This document shows positions 27,964 to 40,200 of a DNA stretch of 64,000 bases, piece by piece (positions within the stretch are counted from its first letter, which is position 1; each line of letters opens with the position of its first letter). The DNA lies in NCBI GenBank assembly GCA_051532035.1, contig JAOPTW010000013.1, forward strand, positions 1-64,000. The letters run 5' to 3'. A program made the position numbers and the translations under genes. Source of the stretch: Fibrobacterales bacterium. GTDB lineage: Bacteria; Fibrobacterota; Fibrobacteria; Fibrobacterales; JAOPTW01. Under the pieces are notes generated by a model. It was not told the DNA's origin, ran no database searches, and saw nothing but the letters and a program-made list of their open reading frames with translations.

Positions 27964-29520
27964 TTACAGGTTACTTCGCCAATTTCTAGCAATTTTTTTG
28001 CTTTTTTCTAGCGCAGCTCTCATATCTGCCATAGCATCCCGCCATTGTTTCATAGAAAGAGCTTTATTTGGAAATCCTACCCCATGGGTATCAATCGCTT
28101 CTTGAGTTATACCTTCGATCTGAGCTTCCCATTTGTCTACCAGAGGTAAAATCTGCGGATAGACCTCATCAATAAGTTTATCAAGAGCAGCTTTCACTTT
28201 ATCTGTATAGCAGAGCCAGTGTCCCTGGAGTTTATTCGGAACCGGACTATTACAACTGAATACTTGGGTTACTTCTTCAACGGACATATGCCCCTTTGAA
28301 AATTCACCTTTACGACCCGACAGACTAATGATCGCATTATCAACATCCCAAGGAATAGCATAGAGTTTCTGTTCTGTGGTATCAGAGTACCAATAGGCAT
28401 TATGATGAGGAGCCTCAATTCTCAGAAAAGGACTGTCCCAATGGGCCAGAGCAATAGAGGTAACCACCGTATTCACAAGCAGTGGTACATCCATCCATTT
28501 CCCTATTACCTTTTTTATTGCATCTACACCCTTAGCATCGTCGAGCTCCTGCTCAAAGGTTTGCCATATGGTATAAGTCGGATCTTCATCTTCATTTGTT
28601 TTTAATACTTCAAACAACATTGCATCATCAGACAACAGGCCTTCGGGAAGTATGGTATTATTTTTATAAATATTCCCTTCACCATCTTCAAAGCGTTCAC
28701 GGGTAAAGCGGCCATCAATCTGCTCTACAAGGGCATAAAGTCCGCTGAGTTCCCCATTAATTTCTACCCGTGCATGTACAGATCTGGGAGCGGGATTGCC
28801 CATTGCATTATGAAACCAATAGACCACCCGTTCTCTTAACTGACTTTTATAGTGATGCATATGATGAAATTGCAGTTTTTTTAATCCATAGAATCTCCTG
28901 TCAGAATCTGCTTCAGTATTAAACTTTACCTTAGTTGAGAGTTTGGCGCAACTATTCGGCCCAGGAGGATAGGGTGAGCCAGTTTTCGCATCATTCGTGC
29001 ATGGATACCACGCTCCCGTTGATCCTTTATAGCGCACCTGCACATCTCGAAGGGTATCTCCTTCAAAAACTAAATCGGCAAACTCATAAACCTCATCCTG
29101 TGGGACTGCATCCATACGTGCCAACGCTTCCGGATCTATTAAGATATTAAATGTTCGTACTTCAGCGTCATCATCAAAAATATAGGCACTCTCACCATCA
29201 AGTGCAGCGATAGTATGAGAATCACCTTGTTCTACAGAGTCAGTTGACCCTTCTGAACTTACGGTTGTAGTCTTGCTCGATGAACTGCGAGAAACACTAC
29301 TTACATCTCCGTTATCTGAAGATATCTCTTTTGGCTCTGATGTTTTTGAACTTGTTCCTGTTACTTCATCATCACTCGATGAGGCCACTTCTCCTTGGTC
29401 GTTCTCACTACTTGAGATGGTTTCTTGTTGTGTTGCGCTATCACTACACCCAAATAGGGCTATTGTAAGTAATGCTACAACTAACATTCGAATACTGTAT
29501 ATACATTGTGTCCCGATCAT
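27964..29520 (-). CDS. cotH: CotH-family kinase lipoprotein (paralogue 1)
   Basis: VRYKGS, KVKFN, FYGLKKLQFH, LVEQIDGRF, HWD, HN.YW, IPWDVD; lipobox LFGC. Confidence 0.8.
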   Translation of the reverse strand: MIGTQCIYSIRMLVVALLTIALFGCSDSATQQETISSSENDQGEVASSSDDEVTGTSSKTSEPKEISSDNGDVSSVSRSSSSKTTTVSSEGSTDSVEQGDSHTIAALDGESAYIFDDDAEVRTFNILIDPEALARMDAVPQDEVYEFADLVFEGDTLRDVQVRYKGSTGAWYPCTNDAKTGSPYPPGPNSCAKLSTKVKFNTEADSDRRFYGLKKLQFHHMHHYKSQLRERVVYWFHNAMGNPAPRSVHARVEINGELSGLYALVEQIDGRFTRERFEDGEGNIYKNNTILPEGLLSDDAMLFEVLKTNEDEDPTYTIWQTFEQELDDAKGVDAIKKVIGKWMDVPLLVNTVVTSIALAHWDSPFLRIEAPHHNAYWYSDTTEQKLYAIPWDVDNAIISLSGRKGEFSKGHMSVEEVTQVFSCNSPVPNKLQGHWLCYTDKVKAALDKLIDEVYPQILPLVDKWEAQIEGITQEAIDTHGVGFPNKALSMKQWRDAMADMRAALEKSKKIARNWRSNL

Positions 29521-29788
29521 ATTGCCCCATAACTCTGTGCTTTATCTCCATAATATATGCATGAAAACGGGTATTTACTTTTACTATCAGACACATTAAG
29601 TCTATTTTACGAACGCGAACATATTGAGTACGGATCATTGGTTGTTTTGTACTCGAACTGTGCGCATATGTAAAACAGTGTTCACACGATACTTTACTCT
29701 ACTGTTTTGAAATTATTTTGAATACATTAATGAGTACAATACAGCACAACACTTGTCAATCCCCTATTATTTATCAAATGGAGAGTCT

Positions 29789-31819
29789 ATGCTTTTTCCG
29801 GTTAAAAGATTTTATTCATATTTAAACACGGTACAATTCAGTGTATTAATTATAGCCCTCGTATCTTTTGGGGGCTGCTTTGACGACAACCCTGTGAACC
29901 CTGTAGATACAGATGAAACAACATCACCAACAACCACAACTCCAATAAACCAGACAACTCCGGTATTGAGTTCAGCTTCTACAGTATCATCGGCTCTCTC
30001 GGGGCTTTCGACACCCACTCATCCCACAAGTTCTGTAACAGAAGCAGCAAGCTCACAACAATCCGGAACTCAAACATCATCTTCTCCTATGAGTTCTACT
30101 GTCAATAATCCTTCATCTCTAGCAACAGATCCTGTAAGCTCAAGTAGTAGTGCTTCTATCCCCATAAGTTCCGCTCATCCCACATCCTATCCTTTGATAG
30201 ACCTTAAAACAAAACCCGTTGCTTCATCACCGGTACTCAAAGGTCATGGTGGTAATAAAGGTACCGATGGCGATAGAAAAAGTTTTTGGGCCTCTGATCA
30301 AAAAGGCCTTAATCCCTGGTACCAAATCGACTTAGAAGGCCTGTATAAAATATCACTCGTTGCTATAGTTTCAAAAAAAGAGGGATCTACAAATGCGAGC
30401 AGAACCAACCTTACGGTACTCGCGTCTAATGATCCAACTTTTAAAGAACGCAAAGTATTGGGGGCACTTACAAAGGGGACTAAAAAACCGAACCCCCAGT
30501 ACCCTGCCGGGAAAGCCTGGAAAATCCCAGTAGAAATCAAGGAAAGCTTCAGATATATTCGTATTCAGCGTCTTAAAGAGAAAGGATATTTTGATTTTGC
30601 TGAAATGCATATCAGAGGAGAGCAAACAGGGAGAGTATTAATAGCAAAAGCGGGAAAAGATTTATACAAAAAAACGCAGGGTAAAAATGGCAAAAAAGAA
30701 ATAGCATTAGATGGCAGCCTCTCCATACAAGGTGAATCCCCTATCACAAAATATGTATGGAAAAGTATGGGCACCGTTCTTTGTAAAAAGGAAAAATGTA
30801 GCTACCCATTTTCTTTAGGCACACACCCTATAAAACTAATTGTAGAAGATGAAGCTGGAAACAAAGCATATGACACCATAACAGTAACACTCTCAAAAGC
30901 CACTCCACCCCCAGAACCATTTAAGCAAATTGATGTTTGGGAAATGGCTAAAAAAATGGGGCGTGGTATAAACATGGGCAATACACTCGAGGCCAAAGGT
31001 GGTGAAGGAAGCTGGGCACCAGCTGCGAAAGAGTACTATTTTGATGATTATAAAAAAGCGGGTTTTACCAATGTACGCATTCCAATACACTGGGGTATAC
31101 GTATTGATAATAATGGTGTGATAGACAAATCATTTATGAATCGGGTTGAACAAATTGTCGATTGGTCACTCTCACGAGGCCTCGTAACAATTATTAATAC
31201 GCATCATGAGGAGTGGGTTATTAACAATTATCATGGTAATAAACATAAGCTTATCAAAATATGGGAACAAATAGCGGCACGTTTCAAAGACAAATCGAAT
31301 CTGTTAGTATTTGAATTGTTTAATGAACCACGGGCTCCTATGAGTGACGCAGATGTAACCGATCTTAATCATGCGCTCCTTTCAACAGTACGAAAAACCA
31401 ATCCTAAACGAATAGCTATTGTTACAGGTGGCAATTGGGGAAACTGGCAAAATCTTAAAAATGCGGACTGGCCCAACGATCCTAATGTGATGGCATCCCT
31501 ACACTATTATGAACCGTTTGATTTTAGTCACGAAGCCGGATATAGCTGGTCTAATACGGGAGGTGTGTGGAATGATCTTGATGACATTCTGAGCTGGCTC
31601 AAGAACACAAAAGGTGTACCAGGATTTGTCGGTGAATTTGGCGTTAATCATGGCAAACACAGCAAAGATTGGAATGCAGTACTCAAATATTACGAAACGG
31701 TCACAGCTGCATGTAATAAATGGAATGCTCCCTATTCTGTGTGGGATGATCATGGATGGTATAAAATATATGACCGTCAAAAAAGAACGTATAATGGTAT
31801 TGAAGCAGTATTACAGTAA
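29789..31819 (+). CDS. GH5 endoglucanase lipoprotein: Ser/Thr linker, F5/8 domain, PKD, catalytic domain
   Basis: GRGINMGNTLEA, VRIPI.W, INTHH, FELFNEP, HYY, VGEFG, WD; lipobox FGGC; RBS GGAG. Confidence 0.9.
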   Translation: MLFPVKRFYSYLNTVQFSVLIIALVSFGGCFDDNPVNPVDTDETTSPTTTTPINQTTPVLSSASTVSSALSGLSTPTHPTSSVTEAASSQQSGTQTSSSPMSSTVNNPSSLATDPVSSSSSASIPISSAHPTSYPLIDLKTKPVASSPVLKGHGGNKGTDGDRKSFWASDQKGLNPWYQIDLEGLYKISLVAIVSKKEGSTNASRTNLTVLASNDPTFKERKVLGALTKGTKKPNPQYPAGKAWKIPVEIKESFRYIRIQRLKEKGYFDFAEMHIRGEQTGRVLIAKAGKDLYKKTQGKNGKKEIALDGSLSIQGESPITKYVWKSMGTVLCKKEKCSYPFSLGTHPIKLIVEDEAGNKAYDTITVTLSKATPPPEPFKQIDVWEMAKKMGRGINMGNTLEAKGGEGSWAPAAKEYYFDDYKKAGFTNVRIPIHWGIRIDNNGVIDKSFMNRVEQIVDWSLSRGLVTIINTHHEEWVINNYHGNKHKLIKIWEQIAARFKDKSNLLVFELFNEPRAPMSDADVTDLNHALLSTVRKTNPKRIAIVTGGNWGNWQNLKNADWPNDPNVMASLHYYEPFDFSHEAGYSWSNTGGVWNDLDDILSWLKNTKGVPGFVGEFGVNHGKHSKDWNAVLKYYETVTAACNKWNAPYSVWDDHGWYKIYDRQKRTYNGIEAVLQ

Positions 31820-31872
31820 CTGATAGCAGAGTTGTATTTACCTAAATTCACTCCGGCCTGCCTCAATCCAAA

Positions 31873-34800
31873 TCAATCCAACAAACTGCGAATCTTAAAG
31901 GCGATTTCATTTTTTCGAATCGGCTTGGTTAGAAATGAGTGTATGCCGACTTTTAATACTTGACTTTCATATTTTGTGTCACTATACCCAGTACAGAGAA
32001 CAATCGGGATATCTCCCCGTATAGCTAGTAACTCGCGGGCAAGTTCTAGACCTGACATATTCGGCATTGTATGGTCAGTAATTATCAGATCAATACTCCT
32101 AGGGTCTGATTTAAAAAATGCTAATGCTTTTCTGCTACTGGTAAAGGGGTGTACTGTATACCCCAGACCTTTTAGAGTTATAGTAGACATATCTACCAGC
32201 ATTTCCTCATCATCAACAAAAATAATAGTTTCATCACCTCTTGGTATAGATATTTCTTCTTCACTTTCTATGGTTACAGTCTCTTCAGTTTTGGGAATAT
32301 ATACCTTAAATACGGTTCCCTCATTAATTTTAGTTTCAACCTGAATATTACCTTCATGACTCTGCATTATACCAAATACTACAGAGAGCCCCATGCCAGT
32401 ACCTTTACCTATTTCTTTAGTGGTAAAGTACGGTTCAAAAATATGGTTCACCACCTCTTCACTCATTCCACATCCGGAATCTCTTATGTTAATTAAAGAG
32501 TAACTACCCGATTTGATAGGTCCTAGTCTCCCCTCAATATCATTTAACAATTGAACCTCTCGATATTCTATGGAAATAATTCCCTTTTTATCCATTGCAT
32601 AAGCCGCATTGGTACAGAGGTTCATAATAGTTTCATGAATTTTTGTAGGATCTGCAAATACCGGTATTGTGTCATCTTTTAAGTCGACCTTAATCTCTAT
32701 TGAAGAAGGTAGCGTAGCTCTTAATAGTTCAATTGCTTCATTAATTACCGGCTTAAGCGGAATTACAACTTTCGATTCCGGGTTTTGTCGACTAAATAAT
32801 AGAATCTGTGATACCAGATCTTTGGCACGTTCACCAGCGCCCATAACTTTATTCAAATAGTTAACGACTTCTTTATTCGATTGCGTTTTGCTAATTGCCA
32901 AATCGGTATACCCAAGTATGCCCCCAAGAATATTATTAAAATCGTGCGCAATACCTCCTGCCAACTGACCTACAGCCTCCATTTTTTGAGACTGCTGGAG
33001 CCTTTGAGAGAGTTCATGCGACTGTTTTTCCTTATCCATGCGTTCCATCTCCACTGCAACCCGAGCGGTCAATACGCTGAGGATCGACTCAGCTTTTGTT
33101 CCAACATCCAACGGATTTTTTGAAATAGCGCACAGAACTCCAATAACGTCCCCTGAAGCATTTACAACTGGCGCTCCTATATATCCGCGTGCTTTCATGT
33201 TTATAAGATCGTTATCTTCGGGAAATAATTTACATACATTGTCTTCAAAAAGGCTAAATCCCTTTTGTACTACTTCATTACAGGGAGTACATACTAGGTC
33301 ATATGCATGATCATCTACAAACACACCATCTGACTTCATGGCAATTGCCTTTGCCTTATTTTCTCCGTTAATTCTGCTTATGATCGCACATTCACACTCG
33401 AATATTGAACAGAGTTTATCAACAAGATTATTGAAAAATTGCTGCCCTATGTGCCCCGTAGTACTCTCAACCAATGTTTCAAAAAGTTGGTTAGCCTTTA
33501 CCAGTTCTTCCTTCTGCATCTTCTTCTCGGTGGTATTTTCAAATGACACAACCAAACGATTACCAGGCAATGTAAATGCTTTTACAGAAAATGCAGTATC
33601 TAATTTTTCATCTTTATAGTAAGTATCCTCAATTGTATCTGTTACACCTGTTCTTGCTACATTCAAATAAAAATCAGCATGTCCCAAAGTTCTCGCATTT
33701 GGCCATACCTCATTTAACTCTTTTCCTATATTTTTTTTCAAATCTAATCCTGTCTGTCTTAATGCATCAGGATTACCATTAATCAGGTATAATCGGTCCG
33801 GCTCTACAAATTGATAGATAAATATTCCTGCAGGTATTCTGTCGACAATATTCACAAACGTTTGCTGTGACTCAAGAAGATCCTTGTCTTTTTTACGCTG
33901 TAAAACCAGGCTTAATAATATAATAATCGCAAGAATTACCCCTGCAGCAAATATTACCTTGATTAAAAGAGCTGGATCGGTTTTTACATCATATCGAATG
34001 GACATCCAGCGATTGTAATAGGAGTCTCGTTCTGGGGGCTCTATTGTATTCAGTGCTTTCTGAAGAATCTGTGCAAAAACTCCCCAATCATTTCGCACAG
34101 CCATTCGTTGTTCATTTTTGTAGGGGGTTTCTCCCGCAACTCGAATATGAGTCAAGCCAAACTTTCCAATATAATAACTAGCGGTAACAATATTTTCTAC
34201 GAAAGCATCAGCTTTGCCAGCAGTAATATACTGTAGGGCTTCAGAAATTGTTTTAACTTCAACCAATTTAATTTCAGGATAATCTTTTTTAATCCACTCC
34301 GCAATAGCATACCCCTTGACTACCGCTACTTTTTTACCATTCAAATTTTCAAGTGCTCCAATGTATGAAACTCTGTCACTTGCAAAAATATTAATCGGCA
34401 TACTTACATAAGTATCGGTGAACAACGCAAATGCTTCTCGGGATTGAGTTTTTGCCATAGACGAAACCATATCCAGCTTTTTATTCCTGAATTGAGTCAT
34501 ACCAACATCCCACGATGATATATCAGCAATATTAAAAGTTACCCCTAAAACCGTTTCAAGTTGTTTGAGATACTCCATTGATATACCAGCGAATTCTCCA
34601 TTTTCATTTTTGAATTCAACTGGTGCCCATTCAGGGTCCATCACGACATTTATTACCGGGTGATCCCGCAACCACTTCTCTTCTACATCAGTAAGGGGCA
34701 GCGATTTTTGGGTATCAGGATTGATATTGAGCCACCGGGAAACAATTTTATGTATACGTGGCTTCCCCATAGCTTTAAATCCTTTATTAAGTATTTCAAC

Positions 34801-37098
34801 CAGCTCTGCATTATCAGAATTTACGCCGACATAGAGCGGGTTCTCATTTTGAATGTCTACATATACAATATCAAGTCCGTATAGCAACTTTTCACGAATA
34901 ATGAAAACATCAAATGAATTCCCCATAAATACATCAGCTTTACCTTCAAGTACCAGTCGAGCCGCCTCGAAAACATTGGGGGCAGTAATTATCTCAATAT
35001 CTTTTTCATAGGGCTTCAGGAGTGCTTCCATCATTACGATACCTTCCATGTACGCAACTCGTTTATTTTTGAGGTCATCCATACTATTAATTTTGAAAGG
35101 AGCATCATGCCGAGCAAAAAAGATAGGTACAGTATTTAAAACACTTTGAGAAGTTAATAATCCATTTTTATCTGCAGCAAATTGGGTGCAGGCTGCAACT
35201 CCATGGATGCTTCCTTTACTCGCTTTATCCAGTGTTTCAGACCAATCTCCAACTTTAATTTCTATTTTAACTCCAAGCATTTTTTCCATTTCACTATAGA
35301 TATCAGCCATTATTCCGGTTACTTTATTTTTATCATCCTGAATAACCAAAGGCTGAACCCATGGATTAAACCCAAGTTCAATTACCGGGTTTTCTTTCAG
35401 CCACTGTCGTTCTTTAGAACTAAGCACTATAGGTGAAATATCTAAATGATTCGGAGTTGGCAACTCATGCGCTTTATGTAAAAACCCATAATTACCCATC
35501 TCCCCAAGCCAGGATTTCTCCAATGTTAGTTTCTCTTCATAACTGATCGACTCTAGAGCTTTATTTAATATTCCCACCAGCTCCGGCCAATCCTTTCGAA
35601 CTGGTATTGCTATACTCACCTGTGTTTCAGGTAATAGTGCGGCAATTTTAAATCCGGCATTTACATTCTTATGCCTCCAATACTCATGACCAATAGATCC
35701 CAGTATAACATCCGCACTCCCTTCTAATAGAGCCTGCGCGGTCTCTTCTGTATTATTTGCAGCAACAGACTCAATATTCGGATTGTTCTCAAGTATTCTC
35801 TCAACTGCTGCTACATTTTTAATATAGATTACCTTTTTGCCCTGTAGATCTTTTAAAGTTTTGTATCTATCAGCCTCATTTGTTCTTGCATAGATATAGA
35901 CATAACTGGTGAGAAATGGCTTGGTAAAGATAAAATCCGATTTCCACTTGTTTAGAACAGCCATTACTGGTAATCCATCGATACTCCTCTGCTTTGCCAT
36001 ATTTGTTATCTCAGGCCAATCTCCGCCTTTCAACTGTATATCTATTCCTGTTCTATCAGCCAGAATTCTGATTAATTCTGCAGAATACCCTTTTGGCTTT
36101 CCATCTAATCCAGTATAAATATACGGTTGAAATTCATGAGGATACCCAAAAGTTATGGTCTGATGCTTTGAGACCCATTCAGCTTCCTGATCAGTGAGAT
36201 TAAGGCCGGAGTTTAATGGTTTTGGTTTACTAGCCGTCAATAACCATTTATCCAATATAGAATCACGTTCTTCATGAGTTATAAGGCTTAACCCTTTATT
36301 GATAATAGTTTTCAGCTCAGGCATTGTTTTAAGAATTGTATAGCCTACCGGCTGTTTTTCCGGAAGAATAACATCTAACTGTACTAGCCCCATTACCCCT
36401 TGTGACACTGCATATTGAGTTTCAATGGATCCAATTATCACGTCTACCTTGTTATTTAGTAGTTCATCCAATAATTCTCGCGGAGTTTGTGATGTCTTTA
36501 TAGTCATACCAGGATATTTACTGAGGAGCTGTCTAACATATAAATGCCCCACCAAGTGCCCCACCCTTTTCCCTTTTAAATCATCCAGTGACTTCAACTT
36601 TATAGCACTACCAAAGCGGGTAAATACATAGACTTCAATACTCAAAATGGGGTCACTAAATATAAAATAAGGCTTACGTTCCTCAACATCTGCTACACTT
36701 GGAAAAAAACCGGAATAAGATTTTTCTGTAAACTGTTTTACCGTTGCTGGCTTCAGTGGTTTAAAATCCAGTTTAAATTGTGTCCCCAATCGTTCATTAA
36801 GCAGATCAGTGTACTCTGTTGCAAACCCTTCAACTGTTCCGTCGGGTTTCCTAATACCAGTTGGGGGTGTTGCAAATGATAAAAAGGTAATATCAGTGTG
36901 TTCTTTTAACCACTCCCGCTCCTGAAGGGTCAAAATATCTGGTTGAGTGGTCTTTGGAGAAATATTAGATTTCTGGATAAATTCTATATCAGAATCTATT
37001 TGGGTTGCTGATACAATTTGCAGGCTCAGAATCAGAAATATCCATAACGATACTACTACACCTTTTCCGCCTTCATTCACAATTTTTCGCATCCACAC
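31873..37098 (-). CDS. Hybrid histidine kinase: four SBP_bac_3 (Venus flytrap) domains, TM, PAS, GAF, HisKA, HATPase, REC
   Basis: Four L(T/S)..E..W units; GQLAGGIAHDFNN, NLCTNA, DSGCGM, GKGTGMGL; REC FVDDE...ITD..MP...KP. Confidence 0.92.
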   Translation of the reverse strand: MWMRKIVNEGGKGVVVSLWIFLILSLQIVSATQIDSDIEFIQKSNISPKTTQPDILTLQEREWLKEHTDITFLSFATPPTGIRKPDGTVEGFATEYTDLLNERLGTQFKLDFKPLKPATVKQFTEKSYSGFFPSVADVEERKPYFIFSDPILSIEVYVFTRFGSAIKLKSLDDLKGKRVGHLVGHLYVRQLLSKYPGMTIKTSQTPRELLDELLNNKVDVIIGSIETQYAVSQGVMGLVQLDVILPEKQPVGYTILKTMPELKTIINKGLSLITHEERDSILDKWLLTASKPKPLNSGLNLTDQEAEWVSKHQTITFGYPHEFQPYIYTGLDGKPKGYSAELIRILADRTGIDIQLKGGDWPEITNMAKQRSIDGLPVMAVLNKWKSDFIFTKPFLTSYVYIYARTNEADRYKTLKDLQGKKVIYIKNVAAVERILENNPNIESVAANNTEETAQALLEGSADVILGSIGHEYWRHKNVNAGFKIAALLPETQVSIAIPVRKDWPELVGILNKALESISYEEKLTLEKSWLGEMGNYGFLHKAHELPTPNHLDISPIVLSSKERQWLKENPVIELGFNPWVQPLVIQDDKNKVTGIMADIYSEMEKMLGVKIEIKVGDWSETLDKASKGSIHGVAACTQFAADKNGLLTSQSVLNTVPIFFARHDAPFKINSMDDLKNKRVAYMEGIVMMEALLKPYEKDIEIITAPNVFEAARLVLEGKADVFMGNSFDVFIIREKLLYGLDIVYVDIQNENPLYVGVNSDNAELVEILNKGFKAMGKPRIHKIVSRWLNINPDTQKSLPLTDVEEKWLRDHPVINVVMDPEWAPVEFKNENGEFAGISMEYLKQLETVLGVTFNIADISSWDVGMTQFRNKKLDMVSSMAKTQSREAFALFTDTYVSMPINIFASDRVSYIGALENLNGKKVAVVKGYAIAEWIKKDYPEIKLVEVKTISEALQYITAGKADAFVENIVTASYYIGKFGLTHIRVAGETPYKNEQRMAVRNDWGVFAQILQKALNTIEPPERDSYYNRWMSIRYDVKTDPALLIKVIFAAGVILAIIILLSLVLQRKKDKDLLESQQTFVNIVDRIPAGIFIYQFVEPDRLYLINGNPDALRQTGLDLKKNIGKELNEVWPNARTLGHADFYLNVARTGVTDTIEDTYYKDEKLDTAFSVKAFTLPGNRLVVSFENTTEKKMQKEELVKANQLFETLVESTTGHIGQQFFNNLVDKLCSIFECECAIISRINGENKAKAIAMKSDGVFVDDHAYDLVCTPCNEVVQKGFSLFEDNVCKLFPEDNDLINMKARGYIGAPVVNASGDVIGVLCAISKNPLDVGTKAESILSVLTARVAVEMERMDKEKQSHELSQRLQQSQKMEAVGQLAGGIAHDFNNILGGILGYTDLAISKTQSNKEVVNYLNKVMGAGERAKDLVSQILLFSRQNPESKVVIPLKPVINEAIELLRATLPSSIEIKVDLKDDTIPVFADPTKIHETIMNLCTNAAYAMDKKGIISIEYREVQLLNDIEGRLGPIKSGSYSLINIRDSGCGMSEEVVNHIFEPYFTTKEIGKGTGMGLSVVFGIMQSHEGNIQVETKINEGTVFKVYIPKTEETVTIESEEEISIPRGDETIIFVDDEEMLVDMSTITLKGLGYTVHPFTSSRKALAFFKSDPRSIDLIITDHTMPNMSGLELARELLAIRGDIPIVLCTGYSDTKYESQVLKVGIHSFLTKPIRKNEIAFKIRSLLD

Positions 37099-37255
37099 AT
37101 CCCGGAATCTATACTATTATTTACGAGTTCTTTTTGTTCCATAAGCTTGTATCAACAATTGAAACAAACTTAAAAAACACAAATATTATACCACTAATTT
37201 GGTAAATAGTCAATTCTACTACCCGTCAAAAAGCCACAAATGTATACCGTGCCAG

Positions 37256-40200
37256 TTAGGTAACATCTAGGATTTCCCGGATTTTCAATCCCATATCAAT
37301 GTTATTTATCGGTTTTTGCATCATGCATTTAACTCCAAGGTTAAAACAGTCCTCTTCGGTAATATGAGCGCTGTACCCGCTGCATATTATCACCGGTAAA
37401 CCGGGGCGGACATTGAATATACCCTGGGCAAGTTCGTATCCAGTTAAATGCGGCATGGTCTGATCAGTAATTACCAGGTCGTACTCATAAGGATTTTGTT
37501 TAAATAGATTAAGGGCATTTTTACCATTGGATGCTGTAGTAACTCTGTACCCATACTTTGTGAGATATTCATGCCCTATATCAGTCAACATATCTTCATC
37601 ATCAACAAACAAAATTCGTTCTGAGCCTTTCGGGGCATCCATAGCTACCTTCTGAGTCTTATAGTCTTTACTAATAGTATTTGGAAAATAGAGTCTAAAA
37701 GTCGTACCAGAGTTTGGTGTACTGTCTATCTGTATATTACCCTCATGAAGTTGCATCAATTCAAACACAACGGCCAATCCAAATCCGGTTCCCTCACCTT
37801 TGTTTTTAGTGGTATAGAATGGCTCAAATATTTTATGGAGTGCCTTCTTGTCGATCCCTTTACCTGTGTCTGTTACTTCAATTACATTATATTTTTGTGG
37901 CTTAATAACCCCCAAATACCCTGTTGATGCCTCTATAACTTCTTTTTCAAAAAGGGCAATATTTAATGTTCCTTTTTCACCTATTGAATGTATTGCATTA
38001 GTTACCAGGTTCATTATTGCCTCATGGATTTTTGTGTCATTACCGTTTATTAACGACATGGAATTATTTTTTGAAACCTGAAATTGAATAGTTGATGGAA
38101 TCGTAGCCTTGAGCAGGTCAACGACCTCATCTATAATTTCACTCAGTTTCATTGGTCTCATACCTGTATCAGCACTATGACTGAAAGCCATAATTCTTGC
38201 TATTAAATCGGAAGCACGGTTACTTGCTGTCATAATTTTATCCAAATAAGTGTGTAGGTCATGATCTGAGTCAAGTTTCTTAATTGCAATCTGAGTTAAT
38301 CCCATTATACCAGCGAGCGAATTATTAAAGTCATGTGCAATACCACCCGTCATTTGCCCTATAAGACGCATTTTATTTGACTGGTTAAGCATCATTTTCA
38401 TATCCCGAATTTCCGTAATATCAATCACTACTCCATCAGTATACATCTTGTTAGCAACTATTTTTTCAGATACCGAAAGCCAAACTGACCGCCCGTCATT
38501 TCGCTTAAACTCTTCTACGTAGGCGACTCTCCCTTCTCTCATTAGTGTTTGCAATTGAGTATCTCTTAAAGATCCGGTGACTAATTGTTTTGAAAACTGC
38601 AGCATTAATATGCATTCATTTTTTGATGTAAACCCAAATATTTCAGCAAATTCAAGATTGCAGGTAACAGTTCTGCCCGTTGCCAATTCAGTTCTCATAA
38701 ACCCTACTGATGAATTTTCAAATAGCTGTCGAAGATGTACATCACTTGCCAAAATTTGCTTGGAGCGCTTTGATATCACTTTTCTAAGTTTAATATTTGA
38801 CCAGACAAATAGTAGAACAATCACACCTACTATAAAAAGAACTTTCCATAGTAAACTATGATCATAAATATACGAAATAGGTGACCATTGTTTTCGAATA
38901 GTGACTTTCTGATATTCAGGCATGGCATCCAAAGCTTTTTGAATAATACTGAGAAGTTTTAAATTCCTTTTTGGAACAGCCATTCTACCATCATATGTAT
39001 ATTCAGTCTCACCTGCAACTTTAATATTAGTTAATCCCTCTTTACCGATTACATAACCGGTTGAGTAAATGTTTCCCAGAAAGGCATCCACCTTATTATT
39101 AATCAGGAGCATCAATGCCTTCCGAGTGCTGCTGCATGAAACAATTTCAATATTAGGATAGTCACGTTTTAACCACTCTTCTACTGCATACCCTTTAATT
39201 GCTGCAACCTTTTTACCCTTTAAAAGACTCACATCAGATATATACGGAACATCACTCCGTGAATAAATCATAACCGGAAACGATAAATAGGGGTTACTAA
39301 ATGAGAAAAAAGGTTCCCGCTTTTTGGTAAAAGAAACATTAGTAAAAAGATCCAGTTCCCCAGTAAACGCTTTAATTATCAGAGAGTCAAATGAGGGCTC
39401 TTTTAATATTTTAAATGAGACTGGAAGCATTTTTTCAATTGCCTTTAGATAATCGATAGATATTCCATGATGCGTGCCTTTAGAATCCATCCACTCAATA
39501 GGTGCCCTATTAAGAGCACTCCCTACGGTGATGACCGGGTGCTCTGATAACCATTTTTTTTCATCATCGGCAAGCTTAATATTCTTTTGATTATATTCTC
39601 CAATCCATTTTGAGAAAATCCTGTCGACTTCTAATTTCCCTATATAATTGATACTTTTGTTAATAATTGATACCAGTTCCGGCCAATCACTTCTAATACA
39701 TGACATAACATCATATTCATTCTTAAAATCAAAATGAACAATTTCAACACCTGGTATTCCATATTTATTTATAATGTAATCATCTGTACTCACTCCAACT
39801 GCAGCATCCGCTTTACCTTCAGAGACCAGGGTTAATGCATCAAACGTAGTATTAACTTTTTCTATCTTTATACTGGCTTCATGGGGTTTCAATATTTCAT
39901 TAAGCATTTTATGTGAACGAGGAATTGTTACCCGTAGGTTTTTTAAGTCATTAAAATCACCAATTTTAAAAGGTGTATTTTTTTTGGCATAAATAACCGG
40001 ATAAATATTTCTTAAACTGATCGTCGGTTTTAGATCAGTAGCTCTGGTCATAGCATCACTACAGCCTATCAGGCCGTCTGTTTCACCGTTAGTGGCCTGT
40101 CTGACAGCCTCAGGCCATTCATTAAACTTTACAGAAATAGAAACGTTCGCCAGTTTTTCAATTTGGCTAAAAATTTCAGGAACAATTCCTGTGGGCAGTT

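Noticed and set aside
37236..37255. TGGCACG (-24-like) upstream of the four-flytrap kinase
   Set aside because: No GC at -12 (reads AT) and no palindromes upstream; half-site only.
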